DNA from: Octopus vulgaris
Taxonomy: Eukaryota
Reading direction: 5' to 3'
DNA length: 64,000 bases
Assembly: GCA_951406725.2 (NCBI GenBank)
Contig: OX597820.1
Location: 55,986,001 to 56,050,000, forward strand
Position 1 is the stretch's first letter. Each line of letters opens with the position of its first letter. The notes under the pieces were generated by a model. It saw nothing but the letters and a program-made list of their open reading frames with translations, was not told the origin of the DNA and did not search any database. Position numbers and translations under genes: made by a program. Positions 1 through 14,470 of the stretch are shown in pieces.

Positions 1-146
1 TGGTATTGAGCAGAATATTTGCTGTAGCCCATCTTTTATACCAAGACAAAACATGTACACGATAACACTTCCAATCATTTAAGATGAGAAGCCATGGGAG
101 CCACTGCCTGGTACTGCATCAGAATCATTATTATTGTTATTATTAT

Positions 147-375
147 AGGTGGTGAGCTGGCAGAATGTCAGCACACCAAACAAAATGCTTAGTGGCATTT
201 CTCCAGATTCTAGATTCGGAGCTTAAATCCTGTTGCGATCAACTTTACCATTCATCCTTTTGTGGTTGACAAATGAAAGTACCAATCAAGTACTCAGGGT
301 CAATATAATTTACCTATCTACTTCCCTCAAAATGGCTGAACTTGTACTAAAATTAGAAAGAATTATTATTATTAT
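147..375 (+). mobile_element. tRNA-derived SINE, family B (GGYGGCGAGCTGGCAGAA head); a second decayed copy follows at ~385-600
   Basis: Head ggtggtgagctggcagaa, central CTTTRCCWTTCATCCTTT...AAGTACCA motif, (ATT)n tail. Same family at 760-980(-), 2036-2250(-), 32047-32545(+), 43280-43505(-), 44118-44315(+), 54090-54560(+), 56788-57021(-). Confidence 0.75.
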
Positions 376-661
376 TATTATTGAGCTGGGAGAGTAGTTA
401 GTGCATTGGACAAAATGCCATGTAGTATTTCTTCCAGCTCTTTAAGTTCTTCCTTTAAATCTCACCAAAGTCATCTTTGCCTTCCATACTTTTGTGGAGG
501 TCAATAAAATCGAGTACCAATCAAATACTGAGGTTGATGACACAAACAACCACTCCCTTAAAACTGCTGGCTTTGTGCCTAAATCACAAAATAATAACAA
601 CAATAATAATCCTACATTATTTACATTCGACAGATATTTGTCCTCATCTTGTTTGTTGTTA

Positions 662-712
662 ACACAATGTTGCAGCTGATATAACCCCCCCGCCACTGTC
701 TTCTTCAGGTGT
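662..712 (-). ncRNA. degenerate minimal hammerhead ribozyme motif in a repeat 3' end
   Basis: Minus strand reads ACAC-CTGAAGA-(disrupted stem II)-GCAA-CATT-GTGT. Stem I ACAC/GTGT is intact; GAAA is mutated to GCAA. Confidence 0.35.
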
Positions 713-976
713 CTTGGGGAAATTTCGAACCTGGGTTCTTAAATATAGAACTGGAATAATAATCATTTCTATTAAAGGCACAAGGCCTGAAATTTGGGTG
801 AAGGGACTAGTTGATTACAATGACTCCAGTATTTCATTGGTACTTAATTTATCGACCCCCAAAAAGGATGGAAGGCAAAGTTGACCTCAGCAGAATTTGA
901 ACTCAGAACATAATGGCAGACAAAATACTGCTAAGTGTTTTGCCCGGCATGCTAATGATTCTACTAGCTTGCTGCC

Positions 977-979
<3 letters not shown>

Positions 980-1016
<37 letters not shown>

Positions 1017-1357
1017 TGATAATGATAATAATAATGATGATAATAATAATGATGATATGATGATAATAATAATGATAATAATAATGATAATAATAATAAT
1101 AATGATGATGATAATGATAATAATAATAATGATAATAATAATAATGATAATGATAATAATGATAATGATGATGATAATGATTATAATAATAATGATAATA
1201 ATAATGATGATGATAATAATAATGATAATAATAATAATAATGATGATAATAATAATGATAATAATAATAATAATGATGATAATAATAATGATAATAATAA
1301 TGATGATAATAACAATGATAATAAATATAATAATAATGATGATGATGATAATAATAA
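980..1357. repeat. (AAT)n/(GAT)n compound trinucleotide microsatellite
   Basis: About 380 bp of AAT/GAT triplets forming the tail of a minus-strand SINE. It explains the poly-I/N/Y ORFs at 903-1446. Confidence 0.97.
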
Positions 1358-2726
1358 CAGCAGGAAGCAAGCTTGCTAAGCATGTAAGACTTGAGGAGTT
1401 ACAAAAAAACCTGAGATACAAAGAAATGATAATAATAATAATTTAATAATTGATTTCTAACATGGGCACATAATAAAGTAAAAAAAGAAAGCAAAAATGT
1501 AACGTACCCACTGTGGTGGCTAAGTGTCTTAAAGAACCAGTGTATGACCTTCTCTGTAATACTGGAAAATCTTCATCTTTTTTTACCATGTGAAAATTTA
1601 AACATACTTCCAGTTCTCCCTGGTCCTTGACAATACCATTTTTCTTTGCTTTACTTTTCAAAGTGACCCAACTGAAAGAATATAGTGTAGCGTAAACATT
1701 AAATCAAAGACTGACTAATTTTAACACAATAATGTAGTAGTGTCTTTCTAAAGTAGCTCCAGTAAACTCTGGCTGAGTATACCAAAAGCAAAGAATAAAT
1801 AAATATATAAGAACACATAACCATATGAATTCAGTCTCTTTCTGTGAAATTATGACCCATGAGAGATTTATCAATAGCTTGAGTTGAAGATCAAACCAAA
1901 TGGTTTTATAATTATATTTTGTTGTTACAATACTTGCTGACCTCACAAGTGCTGGTGTCATATAAAAAAAAAATGCACCCAGTACACTCTGTGATGTGGT
2001 TGGCATTAGCAAAGATATCCTGGTGTAAAAACCATATCCTTTTCTACTCTAGGCACAAGGCCCGAAATGTTTTGGGCGGAGGCCAGTTGATTAGAGCGAC
2101 CCCAGTATGCAACTGGTACTTAATTTATCGACCCCGAAAGGATGAAAGGCAAAGTCGACCTTGGCGGAATTTGAACTCAGAACATAAAGACAGATGAAAT
2201 ATCGCTAAGCATTTTGCCCGGCGTGCTAACGTTTCTGCCAGCTCACCACCTTAGCAGATAAGAGAGCATGATGCAAACCTTGGACTCATTGGATCCTGTC
2301 AAGCCAGCCAACCGATGCCAGCATGGTACATGCATATTTGTGGAGGCATGTGGCTTAGTGGGTAGGGTGTTGGACTCATAATCGTAAGATTGTGGCTTTG
2401 ATTCCTGGACTGGGCAATGCATTACATTCTTGAGCAAAACACTTCATTTCACGTTGCTCCAGTCCACTCAGCTGGTAAAAATAAATAATCCTGTAACAGA
2501 TTGGCGTTCCCTTCTGGTAAGGAATTTATGTCATAGAAACCAGGAAACCAGCCCCTATGAATTGGTATGACACGAGAAGGTAACTTTTACCTTTGCATGC
2601 TTAAATGGTGATGATACAATGCAGTGTAATAATCAAGTATATGTTGGTTGCATAGTCACTCTATATAACTAACAATTACTGTAACAGATGATGTTTAGTA
2701 AGTAGGTAAAATCAGATATATTTTAA

Positions 2727-2948
2727 CCCTTTTCTATTCAGGTTATTTTATCAAATGTAATGTTTGTTTATTTATATTGCTTTGAATTAATCATTCATTA
2801 TCTTGTAGCTTTGAGATTTCAATGATGTGTTTATTTTTAGTGTTAGAATGACATTGTAGGGTTGAGGTGAGAAACCAGATCTGGTCAGGTTCAACATAAA
2901 ACAAGTTTAATATTTTGGCATGATATGGCCAGTTTGAATGCTAAAGGG
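2727..2948. mobile_element. piggyBac-type MITE, family 1
   Basis: TTAA(2723-2726)|CCCTTT...CTAAAGGG|TTAA(2949-2952). Related copies at 4187-4337, ~11846-11907 (fragment), 19061-19277 and 34496-~34700. Confidence 0.8.
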
Positions 2949-3583
2949 TTAATTAATTAACAAATGAAAATTATTTTTAAATAACTGTAAACCTATAAAC
3001 TGTATATATTTTCAGACACTGCTTTGAGTAGTTGTATTTAGCAAAATATATTACCATTACTAGCATCTAACATTGGAATGATTTGATTGGGCATGGCTGT
3101 TTGGGTCTTGGTGATTTGGCATGGCTAAGTGGACATTGAACCTGTTTTGGTGACATTGCATTTTGGAGACAAATATACACACATGTACATATGCACAGAA
3201 ATATATACATACAGAGAGAGAGAGAGAGAGGGATTACAATTTATTAATTGAACATGATTGACATAAACACAGAAATATGTTCACACAGATAAACAGGAAG
3301 AGAGAGAGAGAGAGAGTGGGGAGGAAAGGAGAAAACGAGGGAGAGAGAAACATTAAAGCATCTGATGTCAAACAAGTTAGCATTGAATCACTGAAGCCAA
3401 ATAGGAACTTCAAAACAGCTGAACCAAAACATTTTATACCCACATCTAACATTCAAATAAACTTGTCCACCAAACTGAAAATAGGTTTTAGTTGTTTAGA
3501 CACAAGTATGTCCTGGCAGGGCAGACTTATGATGAAAAGAGTTCCAACCACAGCCATTCAGTACTTTTGTATATCTAAAACTA

Positions 3584-4150
3584 TTGGGTTGTTCGGAAAG
3601 TTCATGCCGATTTATAGTATCTTACCTTTCAACTTATTTTAGAACATGGTTGAGTCCATAAAATAGGATTTGACTACACCTCCATTTAGAGTACAGTTTA
3701 AGCTATCTTTTCGTGGAAGAAGGTTTACGTTCCTATAACCTGTGTTAATTCTGTAACCCTTTAAAATGGAAGATAAGAAAGTTCATTTTCAGCACTTGAT
3801 GTTTTGAGAACTAGACAAAAATTGCTGCAGCTTGGCTGGGGTGTGTTACCCCACCCTCCATATTCACCAGATATTGCTCCTTCGTCTTTCCACTTATTCA
3901 GGTCTCTGCAGAATAGTCTTAATGGTAAAAATTTCAATTCCTTGGATGACATAAAAAGATACCTTGATGAATTCTTTGCCATGAAACCACCTCAATCCTG
4001 GGAAGTGGGTATTTTCAAGTTAAAGGAAAGCTGGAGATGCATTGTGCAACAAAATGGTTCATATTTGGTTGATTAAAAAATGTAATGGCAAGTATTTATT
4101 GACCTTTTTCTTTCCTTTAAAAATTGGCACAAACTTTCTGGACAACCCAA
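3584..4150 (+). mobile_element. internally deleted mariner transposon
   Basis: TA flanks and 30-bp TIRs TTGGGTTGTTCGGAAAGTTCATGCCGATTT / AAATTGGCACAAACTTTCTGGACAACCCAA (25/30 match). N-terminal stub MEDKKVHFQHLMF* at 3766 is joined out of frame to the C-terminal part with LPHPPYSPDIAPSSFHLF (ORF 3804-4076). Confidence 0.93.
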
Positions 4151-4351
4151 TACATTGTCCAAATCAATAAGTTATGTGTAATTTAACTCTTTAGCATTTC
4201 AACTGGCTATATCCAGCCAAAATATTCTAGCTGTTTTATATTCATAACAGCCTTACATGCCTACCCTAGAATGCCATTCTAAAAAATAAATACCCAATTA
4301 GCATTACATTTGACAGAATAATCTGAATGCTAAAAGGCTAAGGGGGACTTA

Positions 4352-4504
4352 GTTGCTATTTCTTGCAGGTTAAACAACTGCATTCAAATCCTCTTATCTT
4401 TGCTAAAAACAGGTACTGTTTTGAGATTTGGCTGCTATTTCTTGCAGGTTGAACAACTACATTCAAGTCCCTTTATCTTTGCTAAAAACAGGCACTGTAT
4501 TGAG
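4352..4504. repeat. two-copy ~79-bp tandem duplication
   Basis: gctatttcttgcaggtt...ctttgctaaaaacagg.actgt.ttgag occurs twice in tandem. Confidence 0.8.
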
Positions 4505-4760
4505 GTATAGTTCACTGGTGTAAGCTATGGTAGGGATAGACATTATTGTAAATGAGTGTTCCAATGGATTGTAACACTGAGCTCAAAATTTATTAGGGCA
4601 TTTAAAGAAGTGATAGCTATCATCTTTTCCTGATTTCAGTAGACCTGTTCACCCATTATTAGATACCTTTCATTAAGAAAGTTTAGTTAATTAGATTAAT
4701 TTATTATACTTGATGAGCTGAAACATTGATTGATTCACAATATTGACTAAGAACAATGTA

Positions 4761-4865
<105 letters not shown>

Positions 4866-6068
4866 TACTTTTATATTTTTTTATGTGAACAAGCAAGTAA
4901 AACTAGAATGTCTTATCTAGTACGTGAAGGTACACTTTCAGAAAGGTAATTAGGGTACATTCTCATAAAGCTATGCCTCTCCTCAACCTGAGAAAGAGTA
5001 TGCCCCACCAACTCCATTAATTTGAGCATAGGAAGAATAGTCTAAAAGGGAGGAATGAGGGAAAGATCTTATAGAAAACTAATTAAATAAACTTACATTC
5101 AAATAAAATAATGTAAAGTTCACTAAAAATTACAGATTTAATTTATAATTCGAGCAGAAAAATTCTGTCTGGATCTGACCCTAATTCTAATTGGATGTGT
5201 TGAACACGAGTGGATAGACGACATTTTGTATTTGAGGTGTGGGTGTGAGTACTTGAATGTTTACTGTTACTTCAAAGCAAATGGCATAGTGTGTGCAGAA
5301 CAAAATGAAGATGAGAAATCAATGGATGGCAATGTTTATTTCAATAAAAATATTGAGAATTAAGACTAATGATTAAACCTTTTTACAAGTATTTAATTTA
5401 GTAATGGCTTAATGTACCAGGGTTGTTGTTTAGAATCAGGTCAATCTGATGAATAAAAGAGTAGACCTAAAAGACAATCCATATGTGACAATCCCATCTT
5501 TTATTTAGGCATAATTACTATTGTTGTTGATTTGAAACTATAGTTGAGTCTTGACTGAACAGGCCTACACTCTAAGAGTTTCCAACCATGGCCACTTCAT
5601 TGCATATAATATTTATGACTACATTTTACCAATGTGTCTTTCCTTTTATAAAACAGTAAGGTATATTTTAAGGGAGATTTAGCTGCTATTTCTACCATAT
5701 TGAGAAACCATATGACAGCTTCCTTGGAGAGAGATTTTGATGCAATTTTTAGCAGGTCAAGCAACCAAATTGAAGAAACCTCATTGGCTGATAATGTACC
5801 AAGGTTAAATTGCTTGACAGAAAGTGATTCCATGTGGTTAACTCCATAGTAACAAGGATAGAATGGCTACAGCAATTAAGATAAACTAAATGATAAGGTT
5901 CCACTGAATTTAATGTTAGTTCTCCCTACAAAAATGGTGAGTTATGTTTCTGTACCTACATTCCTGGGATCAGATCAGATCAATGTAAACTGATTCTCAG
6001 TGGTCATTTACCTCAGTTTTTAAAGAAGATAGAATTAAATGTTTGGAGACGATTGTATATAATCTTTC

Positions 6069-6275
6069 CTAAAGTATCAAGCTTTGGAATAGAAAGTGTC
6101 ACCAAAAGTTCAACTGCTACATTCCCGTTTGCCATTTTTTGTGAAAGTCTTGGTGATGTTATCTAACAAGCATGCTGAAAGATTTCTTCAAAATATTTCT
6201 GTTGTTGAAAAAAGATATCAAGACAAATGATCAGAAGGAATGCTTGCTAACTACTGCTGGAAAATGAAACTTGAC
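6069..6275 (+). mobile_element. decayed DDE transposase C-terminal fragment, probably CMC/Chapaev3-like
   Basis: Translates with stops and frameshifts to KVSPKVQLLHSRLPFF..ESLGDV.SNKHAERFLQNISVVEKRYQDK*SEGMLANYCWK. This matches the KxHFLHSHLDFFPENLGAVSDEHGERFHQDI..RYQG....MLADYCW motif. The superfamily name is from memory and tentative. Confidence 0.7.
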
Positions 6276-7699
6276 ACTCTTAGTCAGAACTGCATTGTAA
6301 ATGTAAACATATGCAAAAAAACATAAACCAAAAACCAAAACAACAACAAAAAAAGACTCCAAAAAACAAACATTTTTTTTTCTACATCAATATAGTGACC
6401 TGAATGTTTTGGAATATCATGTGTCAGAAAAACTTTCAGATTGAAATATAAAATAATATTTCCATTAAATTTTGCTTTATAAGTAAAAAAAAACAAACTT
6501 CATGTTGTATTTGCTCAAAATGTTTCCCAAGAAATATGGATTATGTCGTAAGCCTGTTAAGATACAATGAATTAAATCTAGATTGTTCAAATGTCAATAC
6601 AAGATATTGTCAAAAGCTTCAAATGTCAAAATATTTCACTGTATTAAATTAAATCAAAGTATTAAAACTGAATTTTCATTAAACCTGGGGTGGATGTGAA
6701 CAACTGATTTTAAATCTGTGGTTTGTGTTTTAAAATTAAGCAGAGTTACTTGACTTATAAAACAAACATTTGTCACAGCAGTATGATTCTTTCCCGCATG
6801 CAAGTTTTAACAAAAGAAAATAAAGAATAAATAATAATAACACTTTCTGTTCAGCTTCAAACAGTTCAGCTGAATATTTCTAAACAGGTAAAAGTTATTT
6901 CCTCATACTTACATATGTTTTTTTTTACATTGATACAGAAGAATGTGGACAGCTATATATAGGTGGCACTGGAGACATTTCTGATGCAAAGTGGTTTTTT
7001 TTTTACCTCATCAATGCATCTGCTGCCAACAGGTTGTGGAATGCAGCCTGCAGATTTATCTGTTCTCTAGTTTAAACTGCAACTCAATGTAAGTTACAAG
7101 CCTCCTGAAGGAAATTAGTATAGTGATTGTGTCATGTTAAGAAGCTCCAATCAGACCTGAGTTATCCAATCAAATTTATATTCAAAATTCATAGGCTCAA
7201 TTCTTTGAATATGCAAAAAATAAAAGGTCGTTGCCAGAGCAGCTAACAGGCCTCTGTTTACCAGTTACCTTACTGGCACGTGAAAAAATATTTGAGTGAG
7301 GTCGTTGCCAATGCCGCTGGACTGGCTCCTGTGCAGGTGGCACATAAAATGCCAGATTGGAGCCTAGTGCAGCCTCAGTCAAATCGTCCAACCCATGCTA
7401 GCATGGAAAGCAGACATTAAACGATGATGATGATATATATGTCTCTACCCCCATACTTTCGTGAGTTGAATTGAGCAAACACTATATGAGAGAGGTTTTC
7501 TTTAAGTATTGGAGATAGTTTTAAAAAAGTTTTTTTAGCTGCTATTTCTAATGAGTTCAGTATGCGGCAAAGTAATTTATTTTACTAAGCCCTTTTATAT
7601 AATGTAATAATTTGAATTCGCCTTAAATGGTCCCTTTGTATACTGAATACTTGGTGAAATTGATTAATTAATTAATTTTACCCTCAATTGTTGAAATTA

Positions 7700-7761
7700 T
7701 ATATATATATATATATATATATTTATTCACACATGTATATATATATATATATATATATAAC

Positions 7762-7854
<93 letters not shown>

Positions 7855-7881
7855 TACACACACACACACATATATATATAT

Positions 7882-7915
<34 letters not shown>

Positions 7916-8021
7916 TCACATATATATATATATGTATTTATATATATATATATATATATACATACATACACACATATATATATACATACATACACACACA
8001 TACATACATACATACATACAT
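7700..8021. repeat. (TA)n/(CA)n/(CATA)n compound microsatellite
   Basis: Direct inspection. Similar tracts at 30580-30895, 42390-42960, 51030-51300 and 55390-55610. Confidence 0.97.
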
Positions 8022-10103
8022 GCTATTATTTACATCTATATCTGTTTCAAGACCCACCCATATAATGATTCATTTCACATCTTCTAGAAGCATCTACATT
8101 TCAAGGATTTATAAATCATCATAGTCTCACATCATCATAATCCAACATCTATCTGTTTGCAGAAGATGAGTGGTTGAACAAGATCTAATGAGTTGCAGGA
8201 CTTTATCAAGCTCTGATGTCAGCTTTGGCATGGTTTCTGTGGTAGGATGTCCTTCTTACACCAACTACTTAACAGAATGTACTGTGTATTTTTTTGATGA
8301 AAGTAGCACTAGTGAAGCCACCAAATAACTTGTAAGACAAAGAAAAAAACTCATCAGTGCTCCAGCATGGCCACAGTCAAATGATTGAAACAAGTAAGAG
8401 TAAAAATATAAATGAAGCAACTTACTGGCTTTTTTGTTGGTCATAGTCCTGATAATCTTGTAGTGGTATAATACAATATCCAATAAGCTCATCAGCTATT
8501 TTGCCTCGATGAAAGAGATTGACTTTGATTTCAAAATCTTTATTACTAATTGTACTACAAAATAAAAAAAACATAAATAAAATTTTTTTAAAAATTCATT
8601 TAATATTTTGACTATCTACAAAATAATCTTTGTCACTGCTTAACTATTTCTAATTAGATTTTGCATCTATTTACATTATACTGCATTTAAATGTTAAGAA
8701 TTTTCTTTCTTTTCTCTTGATTGTTAAACTACTAATAATACTCTATGAAAAAGGAAAAATAAATGACAAAAGAAAACACACACACACACAGGCCACTGAA
8801 TTTCCTCCAGACTGTAATTATTTCCATTTTTAATGACATGTTCATTTCATAAAATGTGTAATTAATAAGTCACAGGTTATATCATGCTGATGATATCTAA
8901 AAAGAATGAAATCATGTCCAATACATGATTGTCACTCACTAGAAATTTTAAAGAAGTTTGAATTATCTTCTTTATTACAATTCTCTTCTTTAAAGTATGT
9001 CACCAAATCAAACAATCTATGATTTTCCTTTGGCTTTATCATAAATTTCAGGCACTTCTTGAGTGACTTCCAACCTCATACTTACATTTATCAGGGTTTG
9101 TCTTTTAATCCTTTCTTTTCCCTTTTTACTATTCCCTAAATTTTTCTATCTTTCTCTAATTTTGTGGAGAGAAACTACTTAGCTACAAGTTGGAAGGAGA
9201 TTGTTCATGTTTTTGTATAAGACTTAATTACTTGTTTGATTTACAGCAACTACCATCTGACCAGGTGTACTTATAACAGAGAAAGCATTCAGACCAGGAC
9301 TCTAGTCTAATCATAACTTCTTTACTTCTTCCTACCAGCCTCAAACATCCTAGCAAAGGTCATAGGGACTTCTCTGATTTATCCACAGACACAGACACAT
9401 TCTCACACACACACACACACAACACACAAAAAATATTGAAAGCTCTTACACAAAAACTCTCTTCCATCAGGCCTTAGTTAATCTACCATTTTTTTCGCAC
9501 AGTTAATTTTCGATAAAAAATAAAATGTTTAAAAAAATTATTATTATTACTACTATAACTACAGCTGTTGCTGTTGTTGCCACCACCTCTGCTGCTACTA
9601 CGGCTGTTTCTAGGTGGAGTAATATTCTAATATACCAGTAAGAAAAATAAAATATTTCCAGTACTTACAGATCACATTCTTCAAACCATTCTGGGTTGCG
9701 GGCTTTCTTTATGGTGGTTGTCTGGTATTTCTCTTTACCCAGTTGTATTGTAGCATAGACATCATTGTTACCTAGCAACAAGAAAGGTTATAAGCATAAA
9801 CAAAACTGCTGTGTGCACGTGTTTGCATGCGTGTGTGTGTGTGTGTGTGTGTGTGATGGAATTTATAGTGAGAAGGGTAACTTGTTAAATATTCAGAGAT
9901 TTTTCCTATCACATTCTATCAACATGAAAGACTATTTCTTGATTCCATCTACACCAGAGAAATAATTACCCACACCTCCAAGACTGAGTGAATTGGGACT
10001 AACATTCTAATAAAATGAGATGACCTGTAGATTATATACAATCTGTTGAATTGCAGCTTTTTAAAAAAAATTTATTTAATAAGGTTTAAAATTTTATTTA
10101 ACA

Positions 10104-10490
10104 GGCGCAGGAGTGGCTGTGTGGTAAGTAGCTTGCTTACCAATCACATGGTTCCCGGTTCAGTCCCACTGCATGTCACCTTGGGCAAGTGTCTTCTACT
10201 ATAGCCTCGGGCCAACCAAAGCCTTGTGAGTGGATTTGGTAGACGGAAATTGAAAGAAGCTCGTCGTATATATGTATATATGTGTGTGTATGTGTTTGTC
10301 TTTGTCATCCCAACATCGCTTGACAACCGATGCTGGTGTGTTTGTGTCCCTGTAACTTAGCGGTTCGGCAAACAAGACCGATAGAATAAGTACTAGGCTT
10401 ACAAAGAATAAGTCCTGGGGTCGATTTGCTTGATTAAAGGCAGTGCTCCAGCATGACCACAGTCAAATGACTGAAACAAGTAAAAGAGTA
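10104..10490 (+). mobile_element. full-length tRNA-derived SINE, family A, with internal (TA)n(TG)n tract
   Basis: A-box-like GTGGCTGTGTGGT, B-box-like GGTTCAGTCCC, CCTTGGGCAAGTGTCTT motif, internal microsatellite, 3' CAAATGACTGAAACAAGTAAAAGAGTA. At least 14 further copies in the window. Confidence 0.9.
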
Positions 10491-12589
10491 AGGTTATTGA
10501 TTGTAATGAATTAAATTGAATAATGAAAATGTATGTTCCTTTTTTCTGTTTGTAGAATTGTTCCATTTACGCTTATCTGACTTTTATTTGGTCTCTTTCA
10601 CAGAATTTAAAATCTGTCTTAAATACCTAGAAGGCATAGACATGGCTCTGTGGTTAAGAAGCTTTCCTGCCAGCCCTGAGGTCTTGGGCTCAGTTCCACT
10701 GAGTGGCACCTTGGGCAAATGTCTTTTCCTATATCCCTGGTCTAATCAAAGCCTTGTGATTGGATTTGGTAGACAGATACTGTCAAGCCTCCCTAGCAGA
10801 TTCATCCATATTGGGCAAGTCAAAGAGTAGAAGACAGATTAAAAGGTAGTTATTTGTCTTACACGTAGAAAGTTTGATGTGACTGGGAAGAAAAATTCCT
10901 ACACCCACAACAGAAACATCAAGGAAAAAACTAAAGTAAATCTAGGGATTAGGAGGTCTCTACAAAAAAGTGAGTAAAGAATTGCAGCTGAACTGAAAGA
11001 AATTCCTGGCAATATCATCTGCATGTGTGTGTGTCTGGTATGGAGGTAGGGACAATTGAAGAAGATGACCCAGGTTAGGGAAGAGTGGATGAAGATCATT
11101 GATGACTTAATTTTTAAGAGGGGCTGAGGACCTGAATGACTGATTCGAGCTTTTTCTGATTCTCAATGAAAAGAGGGAATAATTTCAAGAGATTAAAAAA
11201 TCAAATTTTCAAAATTACTATATTCATTCATGTATAAGTTGCACTTGAGCAAAAGTTGAACTTGAGTATAAGTTGCACTTGTATATAAGTTGCACTTGTG
11301 TATAAGTTACATCCAAAATTTAGTGTTAAATCTTGGTACAAATTTTGTTATCTTCATAGTTATAGCTTTGCCTCATGTGTAAGTCACATCTCTGTTTTTC
11401 ATTTAGCCTCTTAACATATTATCCTGAATATTTTCATTCAGAGATGCCTAGTAAAATATTTGAATAGAAATATACGTTCACAGTGCTCTGAGGTATCTGT
11501 CACTTATTTCTAACCCAAAATACTTTGTTCATGATGTTATTCTATCATTTTCTATCAGTAATTTCATAATAAATCATAACTGATCCAAAATATTCAGTGT
11601 GCTAATTCTTCCTTATATACAGATTCAAAATAAATAATAAAAAGCTATATTTTTGGGATGGAAATTGAAAAAAATGTGTATGTTAAGAGATTAAAATCAA
11701 GTATAAAATAGTACACAAGTAAATACAGTAATTTACATGCTCAGGAGAAAATTTGATATTTGCTTGCAAGCAAAGGAGACAACTATAGATACATTTTGGC
11801 CTTATTACACCTCATCAGCATAGTATAGTCTACTCAAGATTGGTTTAACCCTTTAGCATTCAAGATTACTCTATCAAATGTAATGCTTATTTAATCACAT
11901 TGTTTAATAGTTCTAAGTCATAATATACATAATTTATAGTAATAATATGAATTTTTGTAATTAGATAAGTACAATAAACAATAATTAAATAGCAGAGAGA
12001 GACTTGAGAGATGTCTTATAAAACTGGGCCAAATAGCATATAGCCTCTGGATGCAAATAAGAACATCACACAAAGTGAGCTGAAATCCAGGTTTTTCATA
12101 AGCTTAAAATATTCTGGAAGATTCTTTTTTGCATATAGGTATGAACATTAAAAGTTACTTTAATGCCAGTCGACACCTATCAAAACTGACACCAAACATA
12201 ATTGACTGCAAAATGTGTCAGTAGGGTGCATTGATTAATGTTAATTGAAAGTGGATATAAGTTTAAACAGATGTGTTGTAAGTTCAAATTAGGGGATATA
12301 TAAAAGAAAAAAAAGAATTATGAATAATTTTTAGCTAGTATAATTTGCAAGTCACATAGCCTTTACAAAGTTATAAATAACTTAGTATATAAATGAGTCA
12401 GGATGAATATATCAAAACAAATGTTCTGTATCATAATTAAATGTTTACACGCACACACGCACAATTATGGTTTTACACACATGACCAACAATGTATGAAA
12501 TACACACATACACACAAAAAACAATAGTTTTGGCAAAAATTTTGTAAGCTACTTACCATCAAAATTAATTTCTTCATGTAATTTAACAA

Positions 12590-12745
12590 ATACCAACCTA
12601 CCTACCAGCCTACCCACTTATCTACCTAACTACCTACCAGCCTACCAACCTACCTACCTACCTACCTACCTACTTACCTACCTACCTACTTACCTACCTA
12701 CTTACCTACTAATCTACCTACCTACTTACTTACTTATCAACCTGT
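12590..12745. repeat. (CCTA)n imperfect tetranucleotide repeat
   Basis: Direct inspection. Confidence 0.9.
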
Positions 12746-13791
12746 CTGCCTACTGTCAGCATCATTGTTTTAGTACAAGCTTTTTTCGATGCTAGTATGG
12801 GTTGGATGAGACTTATTGAAGCAGATTTTTTCTAACTAGAAGGCTTTCCTGTTGCCAAGCCTTACTTGTTTGCAAGTAAAATAATGGTTATTTTTTTTTT
12901 AAATCATGAACCACTCAACACCAGACATATTTTTTGCAGCCAACATAAACAGTGACACCTTTCAATGCAGTGACACCTGTTTTACTCTGTGTGCAAATGA
13001 TGCCAACACACAAAGCTAGCTACACACGCACACACACACCACTATGTGATTTAGAAGCCGTTTTAGCATTAAAATTATATATAAAATTTTTATTTTGTTA
13101 TAATTTTGTCATGCATATTTTCAACACTATCTTTATTTTGTTGTTGCTGTTGTGTGTTGAGTGTGTGTACGTGAATGTGTGTCTATGCATCATCATCATC
13201 ACCACCACCACCACCACCACCACCACCATCATCATCTAATGTCCATTTTCTGGTATGGATAGGACAGTTTGATAAGAGCTGGCAAGCAAGTTGAAGAGCT
13301 GCACCAGGCTACAATCGTCTGTTTCGACAAGGTGTCTATGGCTGGGTAACCTTCCTAATGCCAACCACTTTATAGAGTGTACTGGGTGCTTTTTACATAG
13401 TACCAGCACAGGTTCCTTTTATGCGGTACCAGCACAGGTGCCTTTTATATGATACTAACATATAATTTTATACATTTTTTAAAAAATGCCATTACCAAAG
13501 ATGAGAGGTTATTCATCATCTAGAAATGTCTCAATGCAATGTGAATGCTGTTAACTATACAGGCATACCTGGTTCAATTGCCTGAGATGGTCCACATGGT
13601 TGGCAATATTCCAGCCCACCTAAGTTCTCTGAACCTTGGCCCAGGGATTCCAGGGTAAGGATTCTAGTCAATGGGGGTCAGAGGGAGGCAATGAATAGTG
13701 GGGTGGCAGGAGGTATGCATGAAGGAAAGAGAGATGGGGAAATGAGCTGTTAGCTGATTTATATTGAACTAAAGGGACTTTTGAATCTCCA

Positions 13792-13842
<51 letters not shown>

Positions 13843-14470
13843 ATGTATGTATGCATGTATGTATGTATGCATGCATGTATTGATGTATGTATGTATGTCT
13901 ATATATGCAATGAACTCCTGCACACTTCTGCACACTTCTCTACCTTCCCATCACTTTCAAGTTCTATGTGTATACAGCCAACTGATTATAAGGCATGTTT
14001 CACATTTTATTTTTGAATATTTTCTTTTCCTATGTGTTAAAGTTTCATTTTGATTTATGATAGTTTTAATTTATGATGGGTCCTTAACTTCATCAAAAGT
14101 CAAAGAGTACCTGTATATATACATATCATGTACATGATATGATAATACATAACATATATACATTAACACATACACATCTATACAGTAATCTTACAACAAA
14201 TATGTTTAACAACCATTTTATTGCCCCACCCCAATTCAATCTTAGCAGAATTAGAATGTGTACTCAAGTACTCAAAGGTATGAAGCTCATATATTACATC
14301 TACCAATTCATTTTCTATTTTTTATTTCCAATACTGGGACATAATAATAAATTTGTAGGAGTGAAGGTTAGGTGCTTGAGTAGTCCCCAGTATGTCCCGG
14401 TTCCTTATTTTATTGACCCTAGAAGGACGAAAGATATTTATAATGTGGAGGAGGAAGAAAAAATACTGTA

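Noticed and set aside
903-1446. Poly-Ile/Asn/Tyr ORFs
   Set aside because: Translations of an AAT/GAT microsatellite. The same applies to the YI, HT, VC and ER ORFs throughout the window.
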